Below are positions 8,728 to 17,875 of a stretch of DNA of 32,000 nt, piece by piece. The notes below the pieces were generated by a model. The model was not told where the DNA came from and did not search any database. It worked only from the letters and a program-made list of their open reading frames with translations. This stretch comes from an uncultured archaeon. Its GTDB lineage: Archaea > Asgardarchaeota > Thorarchaeia > Thorarchaeales > Thorarchaeaceae. The translations under genes were made by a program, and so were the position numbers. The stretch spans positions 1 through 32,000 of the forward strand of contig CAZYLT010000017.1 of assembly GCA_964648855.1 (NCBI GenBank). The letters are read 5' to 3'. Numbering within the stretch: position 1 is the stretch's first letter; the number at the start of each line of letters is the position of its first letter.

Positions 8728-9510
8728 TCATCCGTAAAGACGCTGGAAATCTTCGTCTTCTTGTTGTTGCCCGCCGCGCTGCTGACGCATGTTTTCTACC
8801 TGTTGCGCCATCTCTTTCATCTTGTTCCTGACTTCTTCTGCGCTCTCCTCAAGTTCCTTGACACTCACACCGATATCATAGAGCTTATCTACCGCCTTTA
8901 GAAGTTCAGCTGCGCCTTTAGGATCAGGCACCATTGCCATGGCTGGAGTTAGTAGAGTGAAGCCAATCATATCTCGGGTCAGAGTCTCTGATAGAATGGA
9001 ACCCGCGATCCCAGTAATGATTCCTTTCTTCAGTATCTCCAAATCTCCTACTCCCTCAAGCTCTTTCTGCTTCTCAACTTCAGAAGCATAGAGCACTTTC
9101 CTTTCGGAAGGCATGCCTCTAACTGGAATACCATCAAGAACCACGGTTTCTCTGGCGCCCTTTTCTTTCGCCCAGTCCAAGAGACACGAGCTTACCTGAT
9201 ACATACCCTGTTCATCTACAGGAACCTCACTAATTGCTACGAGCAAGTTCTTCTTCTTACTGGCATAGATACGGAAAGGATGACGAAGCCTGCCCTCAAA
9301 GAATACTGCAGCAGATGGAATATACTTGGAACGCATATGTGCTACTCGTTCCATGTCAAATTGCTCAACAATCTCATTTGCCGCGATAGTTCCTATAAGA
9401 CCTGAAGACGGAAAACCACAAATCAATAATGGCATATCTAAGTCAACGGCTTTGCTTTCTACTATCTTAGCCTCTGGTGAACCTAATCCACCTTCTTCTT
9501 GCTTGTTCAT
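8728..9510 (-). CDS. PAC2-family proteasome assembly chaperone / activator (PbaB-like)
   Basis: LICGFPSSGLIGTIAA, HPFRIY, GIITGIAGSIL, PDPKGAA, and a C-terminal HbYX motif (…RLYG). GGTGA SD upstream. Confidence 0.88.
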   Translation of the reverse strand: MNKQEEGGLGSPEAKIVESKAVDLDMPLLICGFPSSGLIGTIAANEIVEQFDMERVAHMRSKYIPSAAVFFEGRLRHPFRIYASKKKNLLVAISEVPVDEQGMYQVSSCLLDWAKEKGARETVVLDGIPVRGMPSERKVLYASEVEKQKELEGVGDLEILKKGIITGIAGSILSETLTRDMIGFTLLTPAMAMVPDPKGAAELLKAVDKLYDIGVSVKELEESAEEVRNKMKEMAQQVENMRQQRGGQQQEDEDFQRLYG

Positions 9511-9673
9511 GACGTCTAATCACCGCTTAACTATTGTTTTGAGAGGTCACTAATCAATCTTCTGAAATAACCCGCTGCCATCCAACGAATCTATTCTAAG
9601 CATGTGCTTCGAATTCCATGGGAAGATTTTATTGGAGATTCAAACTCAAGTGAACGGACCGGATATGTCGGAT

Positions 9674-11035
9674 TTAGACAGCCGGAGGAGCTATATCATC
9701 TTCGACTTGAACTCTAACTTCTGATCCTCCCTTGACGGGTTGTCTCACCTTCAGAAGAATTAACAGTGACACAACGAACAAAAAGAGGATACTAAGCAGT
9801 GCATTCCGGTAGGCCATCTCAATTCCGAATCCCATTAGCTGAGACCATGATACAACCGCAGAAAAGATGAACGGACCTAGAATAGCTGCGAACTTGCCAG
9901 TAAATGCAAAGAAGCCAAACATCTCGCTCTTTTTTCGCTCAGGGATATACTGTCCATACATACTTCTTGCCGTGCTTTGCGCTGAGCCCATCCCAACCCC
10001 CGCAATAAGCCCCACGATCCACCATACAATTTGAGAGGTACCGAAGTATGCTATCCCCAAAGCAACGACCCAGATTACAAGTGTGATTATCAGAGTTGGT
10101 TTCGTCTTTATTCTGTCTGCTACGTACCCAAAGATGAAGGCTCCTGGAATTGCTGCCAATTGTGTAACTGCAAAGAAGAGGAGAATGTCAGTTGTGGAAA
10201 ATGCATATACTGTTTCTCCAAATAGCGCTGCGAAATAGATAACTGTCGTAATGGCATTGCTGAAAAGGAAATATGCAACCAGGTAAAGCCGCACCCCTTG
10301 GAAGTCCTTCAATTGTCTTACGGTTCTAGCGATTCTGCTGAACCCAATGGATATGTAGCTCTTGCCAAGTTCATCAGGAGTAGCCGTTGCGGGTCGATCC
10401 TTGAGCCCCCAAATGCTAGGGATAGCGAATACGAGGAAGAACAACGCCCCAAGTAAAAATGGAACTGTTGAATTTGTACCAAATATGGATACGCTGATTA
10501 ATGCGATGATTATGGTCAACATTGCTCCGACATAGCCTGCTGCAAATCCATAGCCTCCAATTCTTCCAATGTTCTCATCGGTGCTAATCTCAGGCAACCA
10601 CGCATTATAGAAGGGGAGTGCTCCCTGAAATCCTATATTGGCTATTATGAATATGACAAAGGTCCACACCCATATAGGAATACCAAATGCATATGAATTT
10701 GGCACAGCAAAGTAAAGGAGGGCATTGAAGTAAACGCAAAGAACTGTATAGAGAATCAAGAATTTCTTCTTTGATCCAGAGTAGTCGGCTATGGCGCCAA
10801 GAATTGGTGATGAGATTGCGATGACAATCATCGTGATGCTCCCAGCGTACCCCCATAGAACCGAACCCATGAAACCTCCATCTTGGAAAGCTTCTGTCAC
10901 GAGGTTTCTGAAATATATTGGAAACAACGCTGTGACCATGAGTACAGTAAAGCTAGTGTTCGCAAAATCATACAAGTACCAAGATATCTGTTCTTTCCTA
11001 TCCGTTGGTATTTCTCGCTCTTCTACCACATTCAT
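9674..11035 (-). CDS. MFS transporter, UMF1/ATG22 family
   Basis: SWYLYDFANTSF, SPILGAIADYSGSKKKF, YNAWLPEI and EMFGFFAFTGKFAAILGP; 12 TM helices. Confidence 0.9.
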   Translation of the reverse strand: MNVVEEREIPTDRKEQISWYLYDFANTSFTVLMVTALFPIYFRNLVTEAFQDGGFMGSVLWGYAGSITMIVIAISSPILGAIADYSGSKKKFLILYTVLCVYFNALLYFAVPNSYAFGIPIWVWTFVIFIIANIGFQGALPFYNAWLPEISTDENIGRIGGYGFAAGYVGAMLTIIIALISVSIFGTNSTVPFLLGALFFLVFAIPSIWGLKDRPATATPDELGKSYISIGFSRIARTVRQLKDFQGVRLYLVAYFLFSNAITTVIYFAALFGETVYAFSTTDILLFFAVTQLAAIPGAFIFGYVADRIKTKPTLIITLVIWVVALGIAYFGTSQIVWWIVGLIAGVGMGSAQSTARSMYGQYIPERKKSEMFGFFAFTGKFAAILGPFIFSAVVSWSQLMGFGIEMAYRNALLSILFLFVVSLLILLKVRQPVKGGSEVRVQVEDDIAPPAV

Positions 11036-11126
11036 TACCTCAATGCGTTTAATACTGGTTTATGCAAGTAAGAGGTCTATATAACAATGCGGATTTTCTC
11101 ACAGAGCACATTGAATATGGAGTTTA

Positions 11127-11870
11127 CTATAGAATCCCCTCTTGTCCCATCCAATCCACTATAGTAGAATTGAATTCTTCATGTTGCTCAAGCATGACAC
11201 TATGGCCTGCTTTAGATATGACTTTCATGGTTGAATTCGGGAATCGGTTATTCATATAGTCAGAGTACTTCACAGGAGTCATCTGGTCGCCTTCTCCAAC
11301 GATAATCAATGTCGGAATCTTGATTCCCGTTGCTTTTTCCATAATATCAAAACAGTCACAAACGTCGAAATCGCGCTCGATGGTCTTTGGGTCGCACTTT
11401 CTTATTTCCTCTTGCGAGCTCTCAATCACCGTTTCTGAGGTGGCTTCATGAAACATGAGTCTACCTGCAGCTTCAACATAACCCTCAAAATCGTTCTCGA
11501 GAAGGTCATATATCATAGGATGGACTCGAAGCCTACATCCAGTACCAACCAATATTATTCCTCTGAGTTCATTGGGGTGCTCAAGTGCATATATCTGTGT
11601 AAGCGCACCTCCCATACTGTGTCCCATCAAAACAGGAAGGTCATACTTCTTGATGATAGAGGCTACGTCCTTCAAATATGAACGAGTCACATTCTGCGCC
11701 TTTCTGTCAGGTGTTTCTCCATGACCATTGAGATCGAGCGCCACACATCTCAGCTTGTGAGATAGATTCTGCAGCTGCATCAACCATGTTAGTGCGGAAC
11801 CACCCGCACCGTGGACCATTATCAGTGTAGGTGCATCCTCGGGTCCACGTTCTTTATAGTGTACCTGCAT
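11127..11870 (-). CDS. Alpha/beta fold hydrolase
   Basis: HGAGG oxyanion motif, DLNGHG, GHSMGG nucleophile, GEGDQMTP and AGHSVMLE. Confidence 0.92.
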   Translation of the reverse strand: MQVHYKERGPEDAPTLIMVHGAGGSALTWLMQLQNLSHKLRCVALDLNGHGETPDRKAQNVTRSYLKDVASIIKKYDLPVLMGHSMGGALTQIYALEHPNELRGIILVGTGCRLRVHPMIYDLLENDFEGYVEAAGRLMFHEATSETVIESSQEEIRKCDPKTIERDFDVCDCFDIMEKATGIKIPTLIIVGEGDQMTPVKYSDYMNNRFPNSTMKVISKAGHSVMLEQHEEFNSTIVDWMGQEGIL

Positions 11871-12015
11871 GACGCCACATCATTCAGAATTCACCTTTCA
11901 AGTTTCCGCTTGGGAGGTCTCGATTCTCGATGGGTTAAGAGCAGCCATGTCTTCCGTATGCTAGGTGTTCTCGGAGCGAGCCTTTTTTAGGGTCTTTTTG
12001 CAATGACTTATGTAT

Positions 12016-12084
12016 GGTCGAGAAGTCTTGTGTATGCAAGACTTGCTTGGCGCGTGTATCTTTCTCGACCTCACGCGCTAGGAG
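12016..12084 (+). promoter_or_regulatory. Structured 5' leader of the nucleoside ABC operon (candidate riboswitch)
   Basis: Three complementary pairs within 67 nt: 12016-24 with 12062-70, 12023-30 with 12037-44, and 12046-56 with 12072-82. The last overlaps the SD GGAG at 12081-84. Confidence 0.5.
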
Positions 12085-12088
12085 ACGA

Positions 12089-13156
12089 ATGAGAATGAGC
12101 TCAAATAGAACAATGCTCGCAGTTGTTGTAGTAATTATCATTGTAGTGGCTGGTGTAGTTGGCATCGTGTTTCTGGGACCGATGCTCTTCCCAAGCGAAC
12201 CGAGAGTAGCTATTGTTTTCGCTACTGGAGGACTAGGGGACAAGTCATTCAATGATGCATGTTACGAAGGAGCAACGCAAGCTGAACAAGAATTCGGGTG
12301 GAGTTTTGACTTTGTAGAACCCACCCAGATCTCTGAGTACGAAGAATTTTTGAGAGACTTCGCTGCTCATGAGGGACGTGAAAACCCGTATGACCTGATT
12401 ATATCAATAGGATTTGATCAGGCAAATGCGCTGAACGAAACAGCTAAAGACTACCCCGATCAGGACTTTGCGATTGTGGATATGGTTGTTGATCAACCGA
12501 ACATAGCCAGTCTTGTTTTCGATGAACATGAAGGTTCAGCTCTAGTCGGCGCTATTGCCGGCATGATGACAGAAACAGACAAGATTGGATTCATTGGCGG
12601 TCTGGACATACCCCTTATCAACAAGTTTGCAGCAGGCTATGTCTTTGGTGCTAATTACACAAATCTAGGCATCAACGCTACTGTAGCTTACACAGGCGAT
12701 TGGGTAGATACAACCGCTGGTCAGAATCTTGCAGATGGTATGTACGCTGGAGGAACTGACATCATCTTTGCGGCAGCGGGACGGTCAGGACTAGGTGTAT
12801 TTACTAGCGCCAAGAACAACAATGATACCTACGAGCATCCACTCTGGGTCATTGGTGTTGACAGTCCACAGATGTATCTTGGCTGTGAAGTCCCCGATAA
12901 CCCCGCACCCCCAACAGTGGGGTTAACCTCCATGCTAAAGCGGGTGGATGTTGCAGTCTATGAAACCATTAAGTCAAAGGTGGAAGGCACTTTCGAGGCC
13001 GGAATCCAAGTGTTTAATCTAGCCAATGGCGGATTAGGTTACGAAGTCAACGAGGACCTCCTTGTTCTACCTGTTGACGTAATCGCTGCAGCTGAAGACC
13101 TGCGTGATGATATCATCGCAGGCGATGTAGAAGTCCCCAGTGCGATTTACTGGTAA
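12089..13156 (+). CDS. BMP-family (PnrA/NupN-like) nucleoside ABC transporter substrate-binding protein, N-terminally membrane-anchored
   Basis: GGLGDKSFND, IGFIGG, DIIFAAAGRSGLGV, IGVDSPQ and TSMLKRVDVAVY. The N-terminal TM helix has no lipobox Cys. GGAG SD precedes ATG 12089/12095. Confidence 0.92.
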   Translation: MRMSSNRTMLAVVVVIIIVVAGVVGIVFLGPMLFPSEPRVAIVFATGGLGDKSFNDACYEGATQAEQEFGWSFDFVEPTQISEYEEFLRDFAAHEGRENPYDLIISIGFDQANALNETAKDYPDQDFAIVDMVVDQPNIASLVFDEHEGSALVGAIAGMMTETDKIGFIGGLDIPLINKFAAGYVFGANYTNLGINATVAYTGDWVDTTAGQNLADGMYAGGTDIIFAAAGRSGLGVFTSAKNNNDTYEHPLWVIGVDSPQMYLGCEVPDNPAPPTVGLTSMLKRVDVAVYETIKSKVEGTFEAGIQVFNLANGGLGYEVNEDLLVLPVDVIAAAEDLRDDIIAGDVEVPSAIYW

Positions 13157-13172
13157 ACACAAACAGAATATC

Positions 13173-13214
13173 AGAGAGGTTTTTCCTCTCTCTTTTCTTT
13201 TTCTTTTTCTTTTT
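13173..13214 (+). terminator. Hairpin plus long repeated U-tract between the SBP and ATPase genes
   Basis: AGAGAGG-TTTTT-CCTCTCT (13173-13191) followed by CTTTT(CTTTTT)x3. Confidence 0.7.
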
Positions 13215-13308
13215 AATACCACAGTATTATATACATGCGTGCGAACAGCACTCCTCAAGTCCTAGAATACAAGATTCCTCAAAGCTGTGAAGCAAGGGGG
13301 CTAATGCA

Positions 13309-14892
13309 ATGTATGCGGTAGAACTTGAGCATATCTCAAAGACGTTTCCAGGCGGTGTAGAGGCAAACAAAGATATCACCTTGAGAATCGAGAAAGGAGA
13401 AGTCCACGGTCTCTTGGGTGAAAATGGCGCAGGAAAAAGCACTCTCATGAACATTCTCTACGGCCTCATATCAAAGGATGAGGGCACTGTCAAAATAAAG
13501 GGAGAAGAAGTCGTCCTTCATTCTCCGCAAGATGCAATTGTCAGAGGTGTTGGAATGGTTCATCAACACTTCAAACTTATCCCCACGCTTACGGTAACTG
13601 AGAATGTTATCCTAGGTCTAGAGCCTGTTCTCACAAAATTTGAAACGGTTGAGGAACGCAGCAAACTCCCATTGAAGCAACTGATACCAACGGATATCAA
13701 GGGTGCTGCCAAGAGGATCCAAGAATTAGGTGACGAGAATGGAATGCAAGTTGACCCGATGGCTAAGATTGAGGATATCTCGGTTGGGCAACAGCAGCGG
13801 GTAGAAATCATAAAGACTCTATACAGAGAGGCGGATATTCTTATTCTTGATGAGCCAACCAGTGTACTTACTCCTCAAGAAGTGGATGAATTATTCGTGA
13901 CTCTTGAACGATTTCGAGAGGCAGGGAGAACCATAATTCTGATTACACATAAGCTACGGGAGCCTTTGGCATTATGTGACCGGATTACAGTCTTGCGAGA
14001 TGGCGAATTAGTTGGCACAGTGAAGACTGAAGATACGTCTCGTGAGGAGTTGGCAAGAATGATGGTGGGAAGAACAGTTATTTTTGAAATAGAAAAAGGC
14101 ACTTGCCAACCTGGTGAGGTCGCTTTGGAAGTAAGAGACCTTATTGTCAAAGACGGCCGAGGCTTAGCGGCAGTAAACGGAATTAGTCTGGAAGTTAGAT
14201 CAGGAGAAATTTTTGGTATTGCAGGCGTGGAGGGCAACGGACAAACTGAACTTGTTGAGGCAATTGCGGGGATCATAGAACCAGCCGCTGGACGAATATT
14301 GGTTGATGGAACTGACCTCACGGGAAAATCTGCAAGGACGATTAGAGATGCAGGTGTAAGCCATATTCCCGAGGATCGCCATAAGCGTGGCTTAGTGTTG
14401 GGTTTTTCCGTCAAAGAGAATCTTACATTGGGTAGGCAGCATCTATCACCTTATGCTACGGGTCCTATGCAGTTACTACTCAATTTTCCTGTAATGTCGC
14501 AAGTGTCTGAAGAATTGGTAGATACATACTCGATTAAGCTATCCGACATTGATGAACCAGCAAGCACATTGTCAGGAGGAAACCAGCAAAAAGTTGTTGC
14601 AGCAAGAGAGCTATCCTCCATGCCCAAGGTGATTCTGGCAGCACAACCCACTAGAGGCCTTGATGTGGGGGCTACGGAATACATTCGCAATGTCTTGGTG
14701 AAAATGAGAGACGAAGGAGTTGCAATCCTATTGGTATCAGCTGAGCTTGAAGAGATAATGAATCTCGCAGATAGGATTGGAGTGATTTACAAAGGCAAAA
14801 TAGTTGCTGAGCGAAGGCCGGAAGAAACTAGCAATGAGGAATTGGGATTGTTGATGGCTGGAGAGAAATCCAACATGAAAGAGGAGGTATAG
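13309..14892 (+). CDS. Nucleoside ABC transporter ATP-binding protein (tandem NBD, NupA/YufO-like)
   Basis: GENGAGKST, LILDEPT, IAGVEGNGQ, LSGGNQQK and QPTRGLDVGA. Confidence 0.95.
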   Translation: MYAVELEHISKTFPGGVEANKDITLRIEKGEVHGLLGENGAGKSTLMNILYGLISKDEGTVKIKGEEVVLHSPQDAIVRGVGMVHQHFKLIPTLTVTENVILGLEPVLTKFETVEERSKLPLKQLIPTDIKGAAKRIQELGDENGMQVDPMAKIEDISVGQQQRVEIIKTLYREADILILDEPTSVLTPQEVDELFVTLERFREAGRTIILITHKLREPLALCDRITVLRDGELVGTVKTEDTSREELARMMVGRTVIFEIEKGTCQPGEVALEVRDLIVKDGRGLAAVNGISLEVRSGEIFGIAGVEGNGQTELVEAIAGIIEPAAGRILVDGTDLTGKSARTIRDAGVSHIPEDRHKRGLVLGFSVKENLTLGRQHLSPYATGPMQLLLNFPVMSQVSEELVDTYSIKLSDIDEPASTLSGGNQQKVVAARELSSMPKVILAAQPTRGLDVGATEYIRNVLVKMRDEGVAILLVSAELEEIMNLADRIGVIYKGKIVAERRPEETSNEELGLLMAGEKSNMKEEV

Positions 14893-14895
14893 ATT

Positions 14896-16395
14896 ATGGA
14901 AGATTCAGCTATGAGTAAGAAACAACCAGGGAAAGACAATCCTAAGCCATTCACCCCCGAGTGGTTCCAAGCAAAAATAATCAATCCATTTCTTACTAAA
15001 CTCAGAGACCCCGAATTCCATAAGCAGGTCGCTGCATCCTTGGGATCTATTGTTCTTGCCATGCTCATTGCAACAGTTGTTATGATCATGGCGGGATATA
15101 ATGCAGGTCTGGCGTTTATCGCTCTCATCAGAGGGGCAATCCTGTCATGGGATAGAGTTCTTTTCAGAGCGACACCGCTAATATTTACCGGCCTCTCTGT
15201 TGCCCTAGCCTTCAAATCTGGGCTTTTCAATATTGGACCCGAAGGTCAGGTCTTCATTGGTGCGATGGCGGCAACTGTTGTTGGATATATGATTGCCCTA
15301 CCAATCGTAATTCATCCTATAGCATCCCTATTTGTAGCAGGTCTGATGGGTGGAATTTGGGGGTTTGTTCCTGGGCTTCTTAAGGCGTATCGTGGTGCTC
15401 ATGAGGTTGTCACGACAATGATGCTTAGTTATACTGCAATACTCCTAACCCACTATCTTGTTGCAGGACCATTTTTGGAGCCAGGTAATGAATATATCCT
15501 CCAAACTCCGCCTATATTTGGTTCTGCCGAACTGCCAAAACTCACAGGCTCATTTCTAAGCTGGGCATTCTTGGTCGGGATACTTGCAGTCATTGCTGTA
15601 GACTTTTTGATCAACCGAACTGTGCTCGGTTACGAGATGAGAGCAGTAGGACTAAATAAGGACGCAGCTGAATATGCCGGCATTAATTCAAAACGCACAA
15701 TGGCACTCTCTTTAGGTTTAGCAGGAGCGCTTGCAGGCATGGGTGGAGCAGGAGAAATTCTGGGGTACCATCATCGGTTTATTGACAATTGGAGCTCGGG
15801 TTTAGGATGGGACGGGATTACCGTTGCTGTACTTGGAGGAAATAACCCTTGGGGGGTTCTTGTGGGCGCAATATTCTTTGGAGCTCTTAAGACTGGAGGA
15901 AACAGCATGCAACGTATTGCGGGTGTTCCTTCTGAGATGGTTAGCGTTATTCAAGGATTGATAGTGGTTTTTGTAGCTGCACCCAGGATAATCAACTGGA
16001 TTTCTGAGAGGGGTGGAGAAGAATTCAACTGGCTAAAACGTTCTCCGCGAGAAGGCGGTCCTCACTTCATAACACTTGGTGTAACGCTTGTGGCATCAAT
16101 CCTTGGTCTTAGCCTACTGGGCTCCATTTCACATACTAGCATGATGGCGGGAATAGTAGTCTTCGTAGCCAGCTTGATTGGCATAGTTGCGTTTGTGTTT
16201 ATGTTTTCAAGGGAGCTGAGAGGACTACAGCTTGCTATCCTATCAGGAATTTTATGGTTTGTAGCGACGCCTATAGGATTCATGGTGGGCAACACTTCAT
16301 TGCTGTTATCCAGCCTGATTCTTGGAGCTATAATGACCGTATTTGGGTTGGTTACAATGATTGGGTACAAAAGTCAATTGGAGGGTGACTCATGA
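14896..16395 (+). CDS. Nucleoside ABC transporter permease 1 (NupB/YufP-like) with a C-terminal TM extension
   Basis: ATPLIFTGLSVALAF, GLFNIGPEGQ, HEVVTTMML, GYEMRAVGLN and GWDGITVAVLG. Confidence 0.92.
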   Translation: MEDSAMSKKQPGKDNPKPFTPEWFQAKIINPFLTKLRDPEFHKQVAASLGSIVLAMLIATVVMIMAGYNAGLAFIALIRGAILSWDRVLFRATPLIFTGLSVALAFKSGLFNIGPEGQVFIGAMAATVVGYMIALPIVIHPIASLFVAGLMGGIWGFVPGLLKAYRGAHEVVTTMMLSYTAILLTHYLVAGPFLEPGNEYILQTPPIFGSAELPKLTGSFLSWAFLVGILAVIAVDFLINRTVLGYEMRAVGLNKDAAEYAGINSKRTMALSLGLAGALAGMGGAGEILGYHHRFIDNWSSGLGWDGITVAVLGGNNPWGVLVGAIFFGALKTGGNSMQRIAGVPSEMVSVIQGLIVVFVAAPRIINWISERGGEEFNWLKRSPREGGPHFITLGVTLVASILGLSLLGSISHTSMMAGIVVFVASLIGIVAFVFMFSRELRGLQLAILSGILWFVATPIGFMVGNTSLLLSSLILGAIMTVFGLVTMIGYKSQLEGDS

Positions 16396-17354
16396 TGCAA
16401 GGAGCAGATGCAACCACGTTTGCACTTATTGGATGGTTGATACGGGCTACATTGCAGATGGCAACACCATTGGTCCTAGCTGCACTTGGAGGGATGTTCA
16501 GTGAGCGTTCAGGTGTTGTAAATATCGGCTTAGAGGGTATGATGTTGGTGGGCGCATTTTCAGCAGTTGCAGTGACCTATTTCACCGACAACCCCTGGTT
16601 TGGCTTTATTGTTGCAATTCTTGCCGGTGGTGCACTTGCTGCGGTTCATGCCATTGTTTGTGTTAAATTCAAAGGAAATCATATTGTGAGCGGGACAGGA
16701 ATAATTCTATTGGGAGCAGGAATAACGACTCTAGGATTGGAACTAGTTTGGGGAATAAAGGGACGGTCAGATGAAGTCTTTGGGTTGCCAAATGTCGTAC
16801 TTCCTCAGATCCAAGGAATCCCCATAATTGGTACCGCCTTTGGTTCTTTGTCTCCTGTAATCTACATGATGTTCATCATGACAGTCGTATGCTGGTATGT
16901 CCTTTACCGAACACCATTCGGTCTGCGATTACGGGCGGCTGGGGAGGATCCCAGTACTCTCGATACTGCCGGGGTAAACGTGGAGTGGTATCGAGCAATC
17001 GGTGTTATTCTAAGTGGATGCCTTGCAGGAATGGGAGGGGCATACCTTTCCATCGGGTTTGAAAATGCATTCGCAAAAGGTATGACGGCCGGAAGAGGTT
17101 TCATTGCATTAGCTGCACTCATATTTGGGAACTGGACACCTATTGGTTGTCTGTTAGCAGGTTTGTTCTTTGGATTCTTATATGGACTGGACTATGCTCT
17201 GCAGCTAACATTAGGGCTTGAGGTCGTTGGAGACTACATCAGCTTTATTCAAATGGTCCCCTATCTTCTTGTCATTGTTGCTTTAGCAGGGATTAGAAGG
17301 TCAATTCCACCAAAATCAGTTGGCGTTCCCTATGAAAAAGAAACGCGTGCATAG
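16392..17354 (+). CDS. Nucleoside ABC transporter permease 2 (NupC/YufQ-like)
   Basis: SERSGVVNIGLEGMML, TPFGLRLRAAGEDP and GRGFIALAALIFGNW; ATGA overlap with the previous gene. Confidence 0.93.
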   Translation: MMQGADATTFALIGWLIRATLQMATPLVLAALGGMFSERSGVVNIGLEGMMLVGAFSAVAVTYFTDNPWFGFIVAILAGGALAAVHAIVCVKFKGNHIVSGTGIILLGAGITTLGLELVWGIKGRSDEVFGLPNVVLPQIQGIPIIGTAFGSLSPVIYMMFIMTVVCWYVLYRTPFGLRLRAAGEDPSTLDTAGVNVEWYRAIGVILSGCLAGMGGAYLSIGFENAFAKGMTAGRGFIALAALIFGNWTPIGCLLAGLFFGFLYGLDYALQLTLGLEVVGDYISFIQMVPYLLVIVALAGIRRSIPPKSVGVPYEKETRA

Positions 17355-17425
17355 TAAATTTACCTGTAGAATGCTCACATCCACAAGGTAGTCTTAAAAG
17401 AGGAACTTCTGGGGAGGATGCTACA

Positions 17426-17869
17426 TTGAAGGTCATTCATAATCGTAGTCCGATGCTCCTATGCCTCGTTGGTGGCATATTGATGATAGCATCGGGTTCA
17501 AGCGGGTCCATGGGGTACTTGGTAGAACTCGAACAACCTCTCCAAGATGGAGTAGATTCGACGATATCTTTGACCCTTGATATCATTTTGGCTATTCTTA
17601 CATTGCTAACAGCACTGGCAGGACTGGGCCTCATTTTAGCTGGGTTGATTCTCACCACAAGATATGTTGAACCTGCGAGATATGCGATAATTGTGAGTGT
17701 GGGGACTGGGGTTCTTAGTCTGGTCATGAGCCTAGTGCAGCTTGCTATGGCTGGCGTTCCACGCATGGACCTCAACGTCCAATTCGTACAGTCAATGGGG
17801 TGGATTGGTGCTATGTTTGGCATTGTCGCCCGAATCATTTCTCAGCAGCAGCCAATTGTGTCTAGCTGA
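17426..17869 (+). CDS. Small 4-TM membrane protein of unknown function
   Basis: GGAGG SD before a TTG start; four hydrophobic segments. Confidence 0.7.
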   Translation: MKVIHNRSPMLLCLVGGILMIASGSSGSMGYLVELEQPLQDGVDSTISLTLDIILAILTLLTALAGLGLILAGLILTTRYVEPARYAIIVSVGTGVLSLVMSLVQLAMAGVPRMDLNVQFVQSMGWIGAMFGIVARIISQQQPIVSS

Positions 17870-17875
17870 ATTTTC

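Noticed and set aside
12014-12088. N-terminal 25 codons of the 380-aa ORF (MVEKSCVCKTC…)
   Set aside because: The SD and signal-anchor pattern point to ATG 12089/12095; the upstream part is better explained as a structured leader.
12049-12095. HDV-like ribozyme (G-U-closed helix, CGAA, then a P2'-like strand)
   Set aside because: Only about 4 nt lie where P3/L3 must be and there is no P4, so the nested double pseudoknot cannot form.
13192-13214. CTTTTT tandem repeat as a microsatellite or CRISPR-like repeat
   Set aside because: No spacers; its position after a hairpin fits a U-tract terminator.
13247-13302. Anti-SD pairing in the ATPase leader (TCCTCAA occurring twice)
   Set aside because: Pairing with AGGGGGCT is short and bulged, and not distinguishable from chance.
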